DNA of 64,000 nucleotides from Azolla caroliniana (taxonomy: Eukaryota > Plantae > Polypodiophyta). Made by a program: the position numbers and the translations under genes. The first letter of the stretch is position 1, and every line of letters begins with the position of its first letter. The notes beneath the pieces are model-generated. The model was given only the letters and a program-made list of their open reading frames with translations. It searched no databases and had not been told where the DNA came from. Shown one piece after another: positions 39,001 through 49,845 of this stretch. The stretch lies in assembly GCA_043228905.1 (NCBI GenBank), contig JBHGNT010000003.1, positions 8,804,001-8,868,000 on the forward strand, in the 5' to 3' direction.

Positions 39001-39127
39001 CGGGACTTATACGTTTCGCCACAGTTTGGGCATCTGGGTGCGCGGGGGCATCGATGATCTTCAGGTAACCGCCCATCCCTCGTTCCTGGAGCCAGGCGCG
39101 GGTTTCTGCTGAGGCGGTAAGAGGCAT
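36033..39127 (-). pseudogene. Element C extra 3' ORF (~1030 codons; N-terminal globular domain, Pro-rich linker, long coiled coil)
   Basis: ORF pieces 38915-38082, 38033-37647, 37565-37089, 37046-36657 and 36581-36033 are all in one frame, separated by four TAG codons. One frameshift links to ATG 39127 (MPLTASAE). Confidence 0.8.
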
Positions 39128-39707
39128 AGTGGAGATGGAGGCTGGGTTCGACTGTGTGGAAGCGTGAAGCAAAGTGATGAGGCGAGGGCGAGCTATAGCA
39201 GGGGCAGCAGGAAGTGGAAGTCCAGCAGAGAGGTTATGAGAGCAGAAGAGGGCTTGAGAACAAGAGTGCTTCGCGTGATGAGGGCGAGATGGGGTTTGTG
39301 ATCTTGATAGCAATGGAGATGGAGAGTGATAATGGTCTGTGCTGCGTTTTGGATACGGTTTTGGTAACTTATTCCTAGGGTTTTGTGCCTGCAGCGAATC
39401 CTGAAGATTCTGAGTCGTGGGTGCCATAATAAGTGACTAGCACCACGTGTCCTGAAGGTGAGTGGGGTGCTTCTAGTGCTTTGCATGTGGTTTGCATGTG
39501 TGAACAACTTAAATAGGTACTAACTGAGTGGTGGCGAGGGGTGGAGCATAGAGAGTTGAAGGTAACTTGAACTAAGAGTGGAAGTGAGGGGTGCTCCTAA
39601 AATTGTGGTGCCTAGGTGGATGGTGTAGGTGTAGCTAAACAATGGCTAAACTATGGTTAATCCTACCTACTACTATTTTTATTAATTTCAAGAAGGTGGG
39701 TGAGTCC

Positions 39708-42700
39708 TTATTCAGGGGGACACGTGGCGTCCTCCGTGGTGATCTCCCGAGTCTCGTTGGTGCCGTGTGGCTCGGGAAACGGGTTGGGTGGTATAGTCCC
39801 TCGATATGGTCTAAGCTGAAAACCATTGGCCCAACTCTTGACCGTGTCGCCGACGAGTGTGCCGAGCTGGAACGTCCCGTTGAACTCGTCGATAATCCAG
39901 AATGGACCGGTCCACCGAAATCTTAATTTTCCCGGCATTGACCCGAGTCGTGTTTGGAAAAGAAGAACTGGTTTGCCGATGGTGAGCTCCTCCAGTCCAT
40001 GTCGATGTCGATCCACGAAAGCCTTGCGGTGCCGTTGGCGTTGTTCGAGCTGGGCCATACTCTCTATCCTATCTTCCCCGAGTTCGAGGAGTTGTTCCAG
40101 CTGGTATTGCTCGGATTCGACCTCGGGGAGCCGTGCTTTGACTTGAACTCGGAGGCTCGGGACTTGGAACTCAACGGGCATTACGGCTTCTAACCTGAAC
40201 GCCATTCGAAAGGGCGTCGATTGGATGCTTGTTTTGAAAGTCGTTCGATACGTCCACAACGCGCTCTGGAGTTTGTCATCCCAATCGGTCCTGTTTTCAT
40301 TGACGATCTTCTTCAGTATGGTTTGGAGGATTTTATTTGTCGATTCTGCCAAGCCGTTCGCCTGCGGGTAGTATGGTGTGCTTTTCTTGTGCACCACTGC
40401 GTAGTGGTGTGTAAGCTCACGTATTATATGATTGATGAAGTGCCCACCTTGGTCACTAACGAGCTCGATTGGACATCCGTAACGGCACCAGAGGTGCTCG
40501 TACACAAATTTAGCCGTGGATGCCGCCGTGTTATCTCGGAGTGCCTTAGCCTCGACCCATTTGGTGTAGTAATCCGTGGCAACGATAATATATCTATTCC
40601 CTGTTCGGGCCGCGGGTGGTTTGAAAGGACCTACAAAATCCAAACCCCATTTTTGAAATGGGTCCAACGGAAGAATCGGCTGGTGTGGCATCCGTGACTG
40701 TTCCATTGGTTGCCCCAGACGTTGACACAAATCGCACTGCCGGCAAAACTCGTGAGCGTCTTTCTTCGTTGTCGGCCACCATAATCCACTTTGCCAAACT
40801 TTCCTTGCCGTGGAATCCCCGGCATAGTGTTCCCCAGCTGCTCCCTGGTGGGCTTCCTGAAGAACGACGTTCTTCTCGAATTGCCGAATCGCTCGGCGCT
40901 ATATGCCGTCCGAGCCTTTGTGGTAGAGAATGTCCGAGACGAGGCAAAAATTCCGGCTACGCACTGCTAGGCGTTTTCTCGTGTCGAGGGTCATGTGCTC
41001 GGGAGGTACACTGGTAGTGAGAAAATGGGTCATCTCCATGATCCATTCATCTCCGTTATCGTCTGGTACCGTGGTCAGGTTAAATAGGCTGCCGTTCGGT
41101 AGCTCGTCGTACGTTGTTTTCGCCGGTTCTCCTGACTCAAGACGGCTCAAGTAATCGGCAACGACATGTTGTACCCCGGGTCGATGCTGAATCTGAAAAT
41201 CAAACTCTTGTAGTAGGAGCATCCACCGAGCCAACCGTCCGGTGAGGGCTTGTTTATTGACCAAATAAATAAGGGCCGAGTGATCCACGCGAAAGGTAAA
41301 TTTTCGGCCCAAGGGGTAATGCCGAAATTTATTGATGCTATAAATCATACCGAGGGCCTCCCGCTCGGTGGTGGAGTAATTCTTTTCCACGGTCGAGAGC
41401 CGTCGACTGGCGTAGTACACGGGCCTATACCAATTCGGGGGTGTGCATTGCATCAGAGCACTTCCGATCGCGATGTCCGAAGCGTCTACGAAGACGTGAA
41501 ACGGTTCGGACCAAACCGGAGACTAGACCACCGGGGCATGTGACAACATTCATTTTAGGGTCTGATAAGCCGTATCCTCGACTGACGTCCATTGGAAAGG
41601 AAGGCGATGGACTGCCGCGTGTAAGGGTGTCGCGAAATCGGCCAAGTGTCGTATCATTCGGCTGTGCCACCGGATCTGTCCCAAAAAATGGCTTAGTGCC
41701 TTAGCGTTCGAGGGTGCGGTGGCATCCAGGATTGCCTTTACTTTATCCGGGTCCATAGCGATGCCTTCTTGACTAACAATGTGGCCGAGAAGGTTGCCGC
41801 TGGTGACTAAGAACGCGCATTTCGCCGGGTTTAAACTCAATCGAGCTTGGCGACATCGGTCCAGGCAGAGTCGTAACTGGGTCATGTGTTCCCGTTGATT
41901 GCCATACACGGCGAAATCGTCGAGAAAAACTTGCATGAACGTCGGGATGTAGTCATGAAAGATTTCAGTGATGATGCGCTGGAACGTAGCCGACGCTGTT
42001 TTTAGACCGAACATCATAACTTTTGCTACAAAAACGCCCCATTCTGTGACGAAAGCGGTTTTCTCCTGATCCTTCGGGTGCATTCTTATTTGGTTATAGC
42101 CGCTGAACCCGTCGAGGAAACTGTAGCGTTCGTGGCCGGCTACCGTGTCGAGGACGCTATCCGTGAATGGGAGAGGGAAACTGTCGGTGACTGTTGCCGC
42201 GTTAAGCTTCCGATAGTCGACGCAGATGCGGATTTTTCCGTTCTTCTTTGGGACCACTACGATCGGGCTCAACCATATAGCCCGTTTAACAGGGCGAATG
42301 AAGCCCACTCGGAGTAACTTGTCAATTTCCTCTTTGACTTTAGCGGCGTAGTTGGGGTTCATCCTGTAGCGCCTCTGTTGAACCGACCGAGTGTCGGGTA
42401 AGATGTGAATTTGATGTTGGTAGTATTGAGGATCCAGCCCCTTCATATCGGTGTAAGACCAAGCAAAAACATCTTGGTAGTCAGTGAGTAATTTTACGAG
42501 GCATGCCCGTTCGCCGGTTGGTAGATTATTGGCAATTTGTACCGTACGGGGATTCTCGTCCGAACCGAGGTTTATTGTTTCCAAGGTTGATGCTTTCACT
42601 CGTTGTGAAACGGCAAGTTCGCGTTCGAAAGCCTCCCGAGCATGACGTAGCTCGGCAACTGTGGTTGCATCGGGTTCATCCTGGGGTGGTGACTCCTCCG

Positions 42701-42891
42701 TGACTTCCTCGTCTTTAGATGGCTCGATCGTCGGTAAGGCATTGATTTCGAAGAGAGGAATGATCGTGGGATGATCATCTAGGAAGTCATCGACCTCCTC
42801 ATCGGCCAATCCGTCGAGCATATGGACCCCTTCCGCGTATAACGACGAAGTGTTGAGGGCGACGGGGACTCGTTCTTCAGTGATGATCCGG
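39708..42891 (-). pseudogene. Element C pol: RT, RNase H, integrase (frameshifted)
   Basis: RICVDYRKLN, FLDGFSGYNQI, MFGLK, FLDD; YYASR..NYSTTEREAL, RWMLLLQEFDF; FQKWGLDFVGPF, YYPQANGLAE, RWTGPF. Confidence 0.93.
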
Positions 42892-43577
42892 TGTCGTGAA
42901 GAAAACCGTCCACAAGCGGAATCGGTGCGCCGGAGCATAGGAACCGGCTCTTCACGCACGTACGCCTTGTGTCGAACATAGGAGAGAATTAGGGACATGG
43001 AAGATCCTAGGTAGGTAGATTCGGTAGGTAGGAAGTTAATAGGAAACGACTCCCTTCTTGCCTATGAAAGGAGGAGGACGAGGAAGAGGAAGGGATCGCG
43101 GAGAGTCGAGGATGAAGTGCTGTCGGTTCGTGGGCGAAGGCTTCTCTCTCTCTCTCTGGTTTGCAAACGCCATAGCTTCCTTCTGTGCAGGTTTCGGGAG
43201 GCTCGCGCTGCTTTGAGGAATGCCCGAGTGCTTCCGGCAGCACCTCCAACCTACTCTTTCCTTTCTGTCCGTTTACGAACAGGTATCGGCATCTGTTCGC
43301 CGGCCTGTTCGGTTGTAACCGACTCCGTGTTGTGTTGTTTGTCTTTGTTAATACATACATACGTTCGTGTCTCTCTGTGTCGTTGTCCCACTCGCGTCTT
43401 TGTGTCGAAGGGCCGCGTCCCTGTGAATCTACTCTCGCACGTAGTGGGTCTCTTCTCCTTTCTCTCTTGCTCTTCGGTACAGGACCCCCGAGGTCCCGCC
43501 TCATTCCACGCATCCGCGAGGAATACCTCGACATCTTTGGTGAACCCGACGTGAAGGAGGTGGCAGAAGAGCAGAAG

Positions 43578-45701
43578 ATGAAAGGGTCGGATCTTGGAGA
43601 GGCCATGGCTTCGGACGTGGATTGGATATTGAGTGCACGCGAGGGCACCGGCGCCCTCGACAGAGCCATTGAGGCGGTCGTCGGTACGATTGGCCGGTTC
43701 AGCGGAAAGGATGCCACGAAGTATTTGGCGTCCTACGGGGCAGAAATGCTGATGCGGGACATTCCGGAAGAGAGGCGAATTGCTGGGTTTCCTCGAGTGG
43801 CGATGCCGAGCATCCATGCGGAGGTGCTCGAGGTGCAGGCAGAGAGCCGTACCTGGGAGGAGTTCGAAGGCCGACTCCTAGAAAAATACGGGCTGGACGA
43901 CGCGCTCCGGCTTTCGAAATGGGACTTCATGGAATGGGTGGAGTTCCCCGGCAAGGGAAGAAACGCGACGGCACTCCTCCGGGAGTTCGAAGAACGCTTT
44001 GCGCGCCTTTCGGCGCTTGACCGAACCGTTCTGGATACGAGCCGGGTCCTACTGTTCGTCAAGTCGGTGGACGAGCGGGACCGGGACCAAGTCGGCTCCT
44101 TGCTAGAAACCGAGGACGGGCTGACAACCGACTGGGCTGCGGTTAAGAGAGTTTGTGGCCGTTTCGATAAACGACGAGAATGGGCTGACAACGGGGCGGC
44201 CGGTGCGGGTTATGTCACAGCAAGGAGGCTTGAACCGGCACCGCAAGTGCGAAGGGAAGAAACCCGGGAATGGCTCGAAACCGGTCCGGCTTCGACCGAC
44301 ATGGTCAATGGCTCGTCCGGAGGAGCAGCGCTGGAGGAGTTGACGCGGGTGATAAAGGATCTCCAGATCGCCCAGACTCGAAGGGAAGGCGGCGAACCGG
44401 CTCGTGACCGACGGCCGGCAGCAGGGAATAGGTGCATGTGGTGCGACGAGGTCGGCCACATCCGGAAGGACTGCGGCGATTTTGCAGAAGCGTTGAGGAA
44501 CCGAGTGGTGTACCTGTGGGAAGGCCGGGTGCACGCCGGCGACACCAGGAGGGCCCTGAACCGAAACGACGGGCGAGGAGGAATGAAGAGACTGATGGAA
44601 GAGGCAGCGGCCCGACACGTGGAGGCCATCCACTACTCGGCGTCGGCCGGCATTCGGGTCGGGGGCAACGAGGCCCGAAAGGAGGGCAAAGACGGATTCT
44701 GGTCGGCAATGCTGGAAGGTCTTGCCGGCGCATGGCTAAGGAAAGATGAAACGGACCGCGCTGAGAGACGGGTCCGGGAAATAACCGGGTGGAGCGATCC
44801 GGTCGAGGAGAAGACAGGCTTTGTAGAAGCCGCCTGCCGGAACTACGAGGCTCTGGTTGAAGACAGACGGGTGGGGAAAGCCGGAGCGGCCGGGCCCTCA
44901 CAGCGGTACGAGACCCGATTCGGGCAACGACGGAACGATGCCGGTGGGTCCAGCTCGCAAGATAACCCCAGGAAGGGCGGATACCGATTGGGGACGGAAA
45001 TAGAAAGGACTACGGACCTACGAAAGGTCCTAGAAGAACGGATCCTCGACAGCAAAGTGGAGCTGTCATTGCGGGAGGTGCTAGGGATCGCCAAGGAGTT
45101 CCACGACTCCATTGTAGACTTGGTGAAACGGAAGAGGCTGTCGACGGAGACGGAACCGGAAAAACCGGTGGAGGTGCGGACGACGCACATCGACGACTCG
45201 GCGCTGGCAGATGAGTGGGCGGAGAGCCACTATTCGAGGCCACACTGGGCCCGAGCGACCACAGAGACCCCGGTAAAGATCGGAGATGTTCAGGAACCGG
45301 TGTTGGCATTGGTGGACCACGGTTCGGAAATAAACCTGATGTCCATGGACTTCTATAAGAAGGGGAAGTGGCCGATCAACACCAAGCACGGGTGGAAGAT
45401 ACGGGCAGCGACGCGCGCCACCGAGGAACTGCATGGGGCCTGCCCAAACGTGCGAGTCAAGATTGGCGACGTCGAGATTGACCAACACTTCTTCGTACAG
45501 GAGACGTCCTCGCACCCGGTCATATTAGGAGAACCATACATCACGGCGGCGCGGATGGAGACCAAGGTGCTAGACAACGGTTCGGCCTACGGGAGGGTCA
45601 AAAGCCAGGACGGGCGCCATTCAGTCCAATTTCTGACGGTGCGACCGAACCACGAGAGAAACCGCGAATCCCTCGGTGGCGAGAACCGGGAAGATTTTTA
45701 G
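43578..45701 (+). CDS. Element D gag-protease ORF (open)
   Basis: RFSGKDATKYL gag motif, CCHC knuckle CMWCDEVGHIRKDC, HWARAT, protease LVDHGSEINL..VILGEPY. Start taken as the first ATG after the PBS. Confidence 0.85.
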   Translation: MKGSDLGEAMASDVDWILSAREGTGALDRAIEAVVGTIGRFSGKDATKYLASYGAEMLMRDIPEERRIAGFPRVAMPSIHAEVLEVQAESRTWEEFEGRLLEKYGLDDALRLSKWDFMEWVEFPGKGRNATALLREFEERFARLSALDRTVLDTSRVLLFVKSVDERDRDQVGSLLETEDGLTTDWAAVKRVCGRFDKRREWADNGAAGAGYVTARRLEPAPQVRREETREWLETGPASTDMVNGSSGGAALEELTRVIKDLQIAQTRREGGEPARDRRPAAGNRCMWCDEVGHIRKDCGDFAEALRNRVVYLWEGRVHAGDTRRALNRNDGRGGMKRLMEEAAARHVEAIHYSASAGIRVGGNEARKEGKDGFWSAMLEGLAGAWLRKDETDRAERRVREITGWSDPVEEKTGFVEAACRNYEALVEDRRVGKAGAAGPSQRYETRFGQRRNDAGGSSSQDNPRKGGYRLGTEIERTTDLRKVLEERILDSKVELSLREVLGIAKEFHDSIVDLVKRKRLSTETEPEKPVEVRTTHIDDSALADEWAESHYSRPHWARATTETPVKIGDVQEPVLALVDHGSEINLMSMDFYKKGKWPINTKHGWKIRAATRATEELHGACPNVRVKIGDVEIDQHFFVQETSSHPVILGEPYITAARMETKVLDNGSAYGRVKSQDGRHSVQFLTVRPNHERNRESLGGENREDF

Positions 45702-48700
45702 AGAGGGCTGCCAAGGCGTGGGGCCGAGACAGCCCGGGCACTCGGAAAAGACCCCATGACTGTACGATAGGTAGGAAATTTTGCTTCTCCAACAACGGAG
45801 GGTGTATGATAGTCGGCATCGTCGGCCGAGAAAAGACAAGGGCGGAAGTGCGACTTCGAGCGTGCGGAGTTCTCGGCCCGGACGAGGAAATCAGCGAAGC
45901 CGTGGAGGCGGTCTCCTTCGACGACACCTTGGGAATGCTGAGGAAGGTAGCCGGAGAAGACCTTAGCGAAGACCGGACGATACCGGTGTGTTCCGAAGAG
46001 ATGTACGAAGTCATCGCGAACTTCAGTCGGGGGCTTGGGTCGGATCGGACGACCCGAGTTAGCACGAAGTACAAGACTGTGGACCGGAAGGTAAGGCCAG
46101 TCGCGGCACCCTTACCGGAGGGCAGCGAGTCCCGAATCAGAGGGGTGGCGTCGGACCCCAGTTTACGAGATTCGGCCTGCATAGCACACACCTTCACCGA
46201 CGGGACGCTCCGGGAGCTCAAGATCGGTGGGGGCGGGTTCCTACTGCAGGCGGAGGAAGACCGGTTTCGGAGAATGCTCGGAAGGCACGGGAAAGCCTTC
46301 GCATTCTCGCCGGAAGAGATCGGGTGCATAGACCCGACGATCGTGGAGCCGATGGTGATATTCACGGTACCGCATGTACCGTGGAATCTCAAGCCAATTC
46401 CAGTACCGAGAGCTCACATCCCGAAGTTGATGGAGCTATTGAGGCAGAAAGTCGATATGGGTATTCTTGAACCGTCGAGCGCGCCATACTCGAACCGATG
46501 GTTTACCGTACCAAAGAAAAACGGAACATTGCGCTTCATTCAAGACCTGCAGTCGGTCAACAGAGTGACCATTCGGAACGCAGGGATCAGACCGACCATA
46601 GACGAGTTCACGGAGGCCTTCGCCGGAAGGTCGATTTACTCGGTCGGTGATCTGTACTCGGGGTACGACCAGTTCCAGCTAGCCGTGGAGAGCAGAGACA
46701 TTACGACGATGCGAACTCCCCTCGGCCTAGTGCGAATGTGTACCCTGCCACAAGGAGGGACCAACTCGGTGGCCCACATGGTGAATGCAATGAACAAGGT
46801 ACTGAGGGATTGCATCCCGAACATCACCATGCCGTTTCTAGACGACATCCCGATCAAGGGGGTGCCCGGTGGAAGAGAAGGACGCAACACTCGGACCGGA
46901 CGGATGTCGGCAATTCGTGGCAACACACATCGACGACTGCGAGAAGGTGCTACAAAGGCTAGAGGATGCGAGGCTCACCTTCTCCGGGGAGAAATCGGCC
47001 TTCGGGCAATCAGAGATCCTGGTGGTCGGACACCTATGTGGACCATATGGCCGGAAGCCGTCTCTGGCAAAAGTAGAAGCCATCTCCGCGATGAAGACCG
47101 ATTGTAGCTCGGTTATGGAAGTTCGGAGGTTCCTGGGGGCATGCGCGTTCTACCACATATGCATCCCGCATTACGCCCACGTTGCGGAGCCACTATACGG
47201 GTTGTTGAAGAAGGGGCGAAGATTCGAGTGGCGAGACGAGCACATGAAGTCAGTCCGGAAGCTGAAGGAAGCTGTTGCGGCAACACCGACGCTCCGGAAG
47301 GCTGTCTACGGGAAGGGTACCCCGGTATACATAACAGTGGATACGAGTCCGACCGGGATCGGATGGGTCGTCAACCAAGAAGACAAGGATGACATTCGGT
47401 TCCCGATCCGATTCGGCGCAAAGGTCCTCAGTGAGCGACAACGAGGGTACGCCCAGGTTAAGCGCGAACTCTGGGGTATCGTTTCGGCAGTAAAGGCCGA
47501 CAAAGACTACCTGATCGGGACAGGAGTGGTTATCGAGACGGATTGCCTGCCAATTCTCGGCATGGTTTCCGGATTCGCGACACCGGACCTGGCGATGCTC
47601 AGGTGGATAGCGTATATCAAGTCCCTGGACCCGGAAATACGACACATTTCCGGAAAGGACAACGCCATGGCCGACATGCTTTCGAGGGCGAGGTTTGATG
47701 ACGAGGGCGGCATGGTTTCGGAGGACGAAGAAGTCGGCGTGGACTTCTTCGAGGCAGCGTACGTGACGACTGATGGGACGAGCACTCCGGCACTTAACGA
47801 CTTCGACGAGAGCAAGTACGACGGCGAGTGGCTCCAGATCGGTGGGTTTTTGAGGACAATGACGCCGGATGTGTCATGGACAAGGGACGAGGCCAACCGG
47901 ATCCGGAAGAAAGCATACCGATTCTTTCTCCGTGACGGATACTTATGGAAGCACCCGAAGAAGAGGAACGACGTCCTGCTCCGGGTGGTGGCGATGAAGG
48001 AAGAACAGGAGGAGCTGCTGACGGCTTACCACGACAGCCCTTGGGCTGGTCACCGTGGAACGTGGGCCACGTTTGAGAAGATAAAGGGGAAGTACTGGTG
48101 GCCGGGACTGTACCGGGACGTGCATCGGTTCGTGATGACTTGAGAGAGCTGTCAGATGCACTCCGTAGTCCGACATCGGGACGAGCTTCACCCTACATAC
48201 CCTCCGACCATCCACTTCAAATGGATGGTAGACCTGGTAACGATGCCGATGGGAGTAGGACAGATGCGGTATCTGGTCCTGGCTCGGGAAGATCTGACGA
48301 ACCAGGTAGAAGGCCGGGCCCTTCAGAACAAAACGACCGCGGCCGTATGTCGGTTCCTGATTGAGGACGTGATATGCCGGTACGGGTGCGTCAGGAAGAT
48401 CGTGGCTGATCGCGGGGAGTTGGACGCCGAAGAGGCCGAGGAGCTGTTCGACCGGCTAGGAGTCAAGCTCTCTCTTACGACTGCATACAATCCGGAGGCG
48501 AATGGAAAGGTGGAGCGCGGACACGGACCGATCGTCAAGGCGTTAGTTCGGGCATGCGGAGGTCAAGTCGGGAACTGGCCGCGGCATTGCCTTACGCGTT
48601 GTGGGCGGACCGAACTACGCACAGTTCGGTAACTGGATTCATGCCGGTAGAACTCATGTTTGGGAAGAAGCCGGTCATGCCGATGGAACCTACGATCTCC

Positions 48701-49165
48701 TCGTGGGCAACCGTGACCTGGAGAGACGAGATGAGCCGGGAGGAACTGCTGGCGGCGCGTATACGACAGCTCGAGCGAAGACCGGAGGACGTGGAGCAGG
48801 CTGCGGAAAAGCTTCGGGAAGCAAGGACGAGGAACAAAGCCCGGTTCGACCGAATGCACCGGCTCCGACCGAAGAAGATCGAGGAAGGCGACTGGGTGCT
48901 AGTCTACGACAGCAGCCTCGACAACTAGCACTGAGCAACACGGAAGTTCGCAAGAAGGTGGTTCGGGCCTTACGTGGTACAAAGCGCCAACGACAATGGG
49001 ACATACCATCTAGCGGAACTCGACGGCACGAGAATGGTGATACCGGTAGCTGGGAAGCGGATCAAAGCGTTCAAGAAGCGTCACGACAACGAGCCGGATC
49101 CGGTTAACCTGGACCGCGACGACGAATGGTCCGAAACCGAGGGAGAACCGACGGGCGGGGAATGA
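45695..49165 (+). pseudogene. Element D pol (RT-RH-INT), -1 frame relative to gag, with two frameshifts and stops
   Basis: YSNRWFTVPKKNG, DLYSGYDQ, LPQGGTNS, FLDDIPIKG, VDTSPTGIG, KRELWG, GHRG, AYNPEANGKVERGH. Confidence 0.9.
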
Positions 49166-49845
49166 AGGCTGGACCGGTTTTCTCCGTCCCAACTCAATTT
49201 GGCGCATGCCGGTGGATGCGCGGTTAGGTGGGGGCGGATGTCGTGAAGAAAACCGTCCACAAGCGGAATCGGTGCGCCGGAGCATAGGAACCGGCTCTTC
49301 ACGCACGTACGCCTTGTGTCAAACATAGGAGAGAATTAGGGACATGGAAGATCCTAGGTAGGTAGATTCGGTAGGTAGGAAGTTAATAGGAAACGGCTCC
49401 CTTCTTGCCTATGAAAGGAGGAGGACGAGGAGGAGGAAGGGATCGCGGAGAGTCGAGGAAGTGCTGTCGGTTCGTGGGCGAAGGCTTCTCTCTCTCTCTC
49501 TGGTTCGCAAACGCCATAGCTTCCTTCTGTGCAGGTTTCGGGAGGCTCGTGCTGCTCTGAGGAATGCCCGAGTGCTTCCGGCAGCACCTCCAACCTACTC
49601 TTTCCTTTCTGTGCGTTTACGAACAGGTATCGGCATCTGTTCGCCGGCCTGTTCGGTTGTAACCGACTCCGTGTTGTGTTGTTTGTCTTTGTTAATACAT
49701 ACATACATTCGTGTCTCTCTATGTCGCTGTTCCACTCGCGTCTTTGTGTCGAAGGGCCGTGTCCCTGTGAATCTAGTCTCGCATGTAGTGGGTCTCTTCT
49801 CCTTTCTCTCTTGCTCTTCGGTACAGGACCCCCGAGGTCCCGCCT

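Noticed and set aside
43185-43577. N-terminal extension of D gag starting inside the LTR
   Set aside because: It lies upstream of the PBS with a non-ATG start. More likely a stop-free stretch of R/U5, though not excluded.
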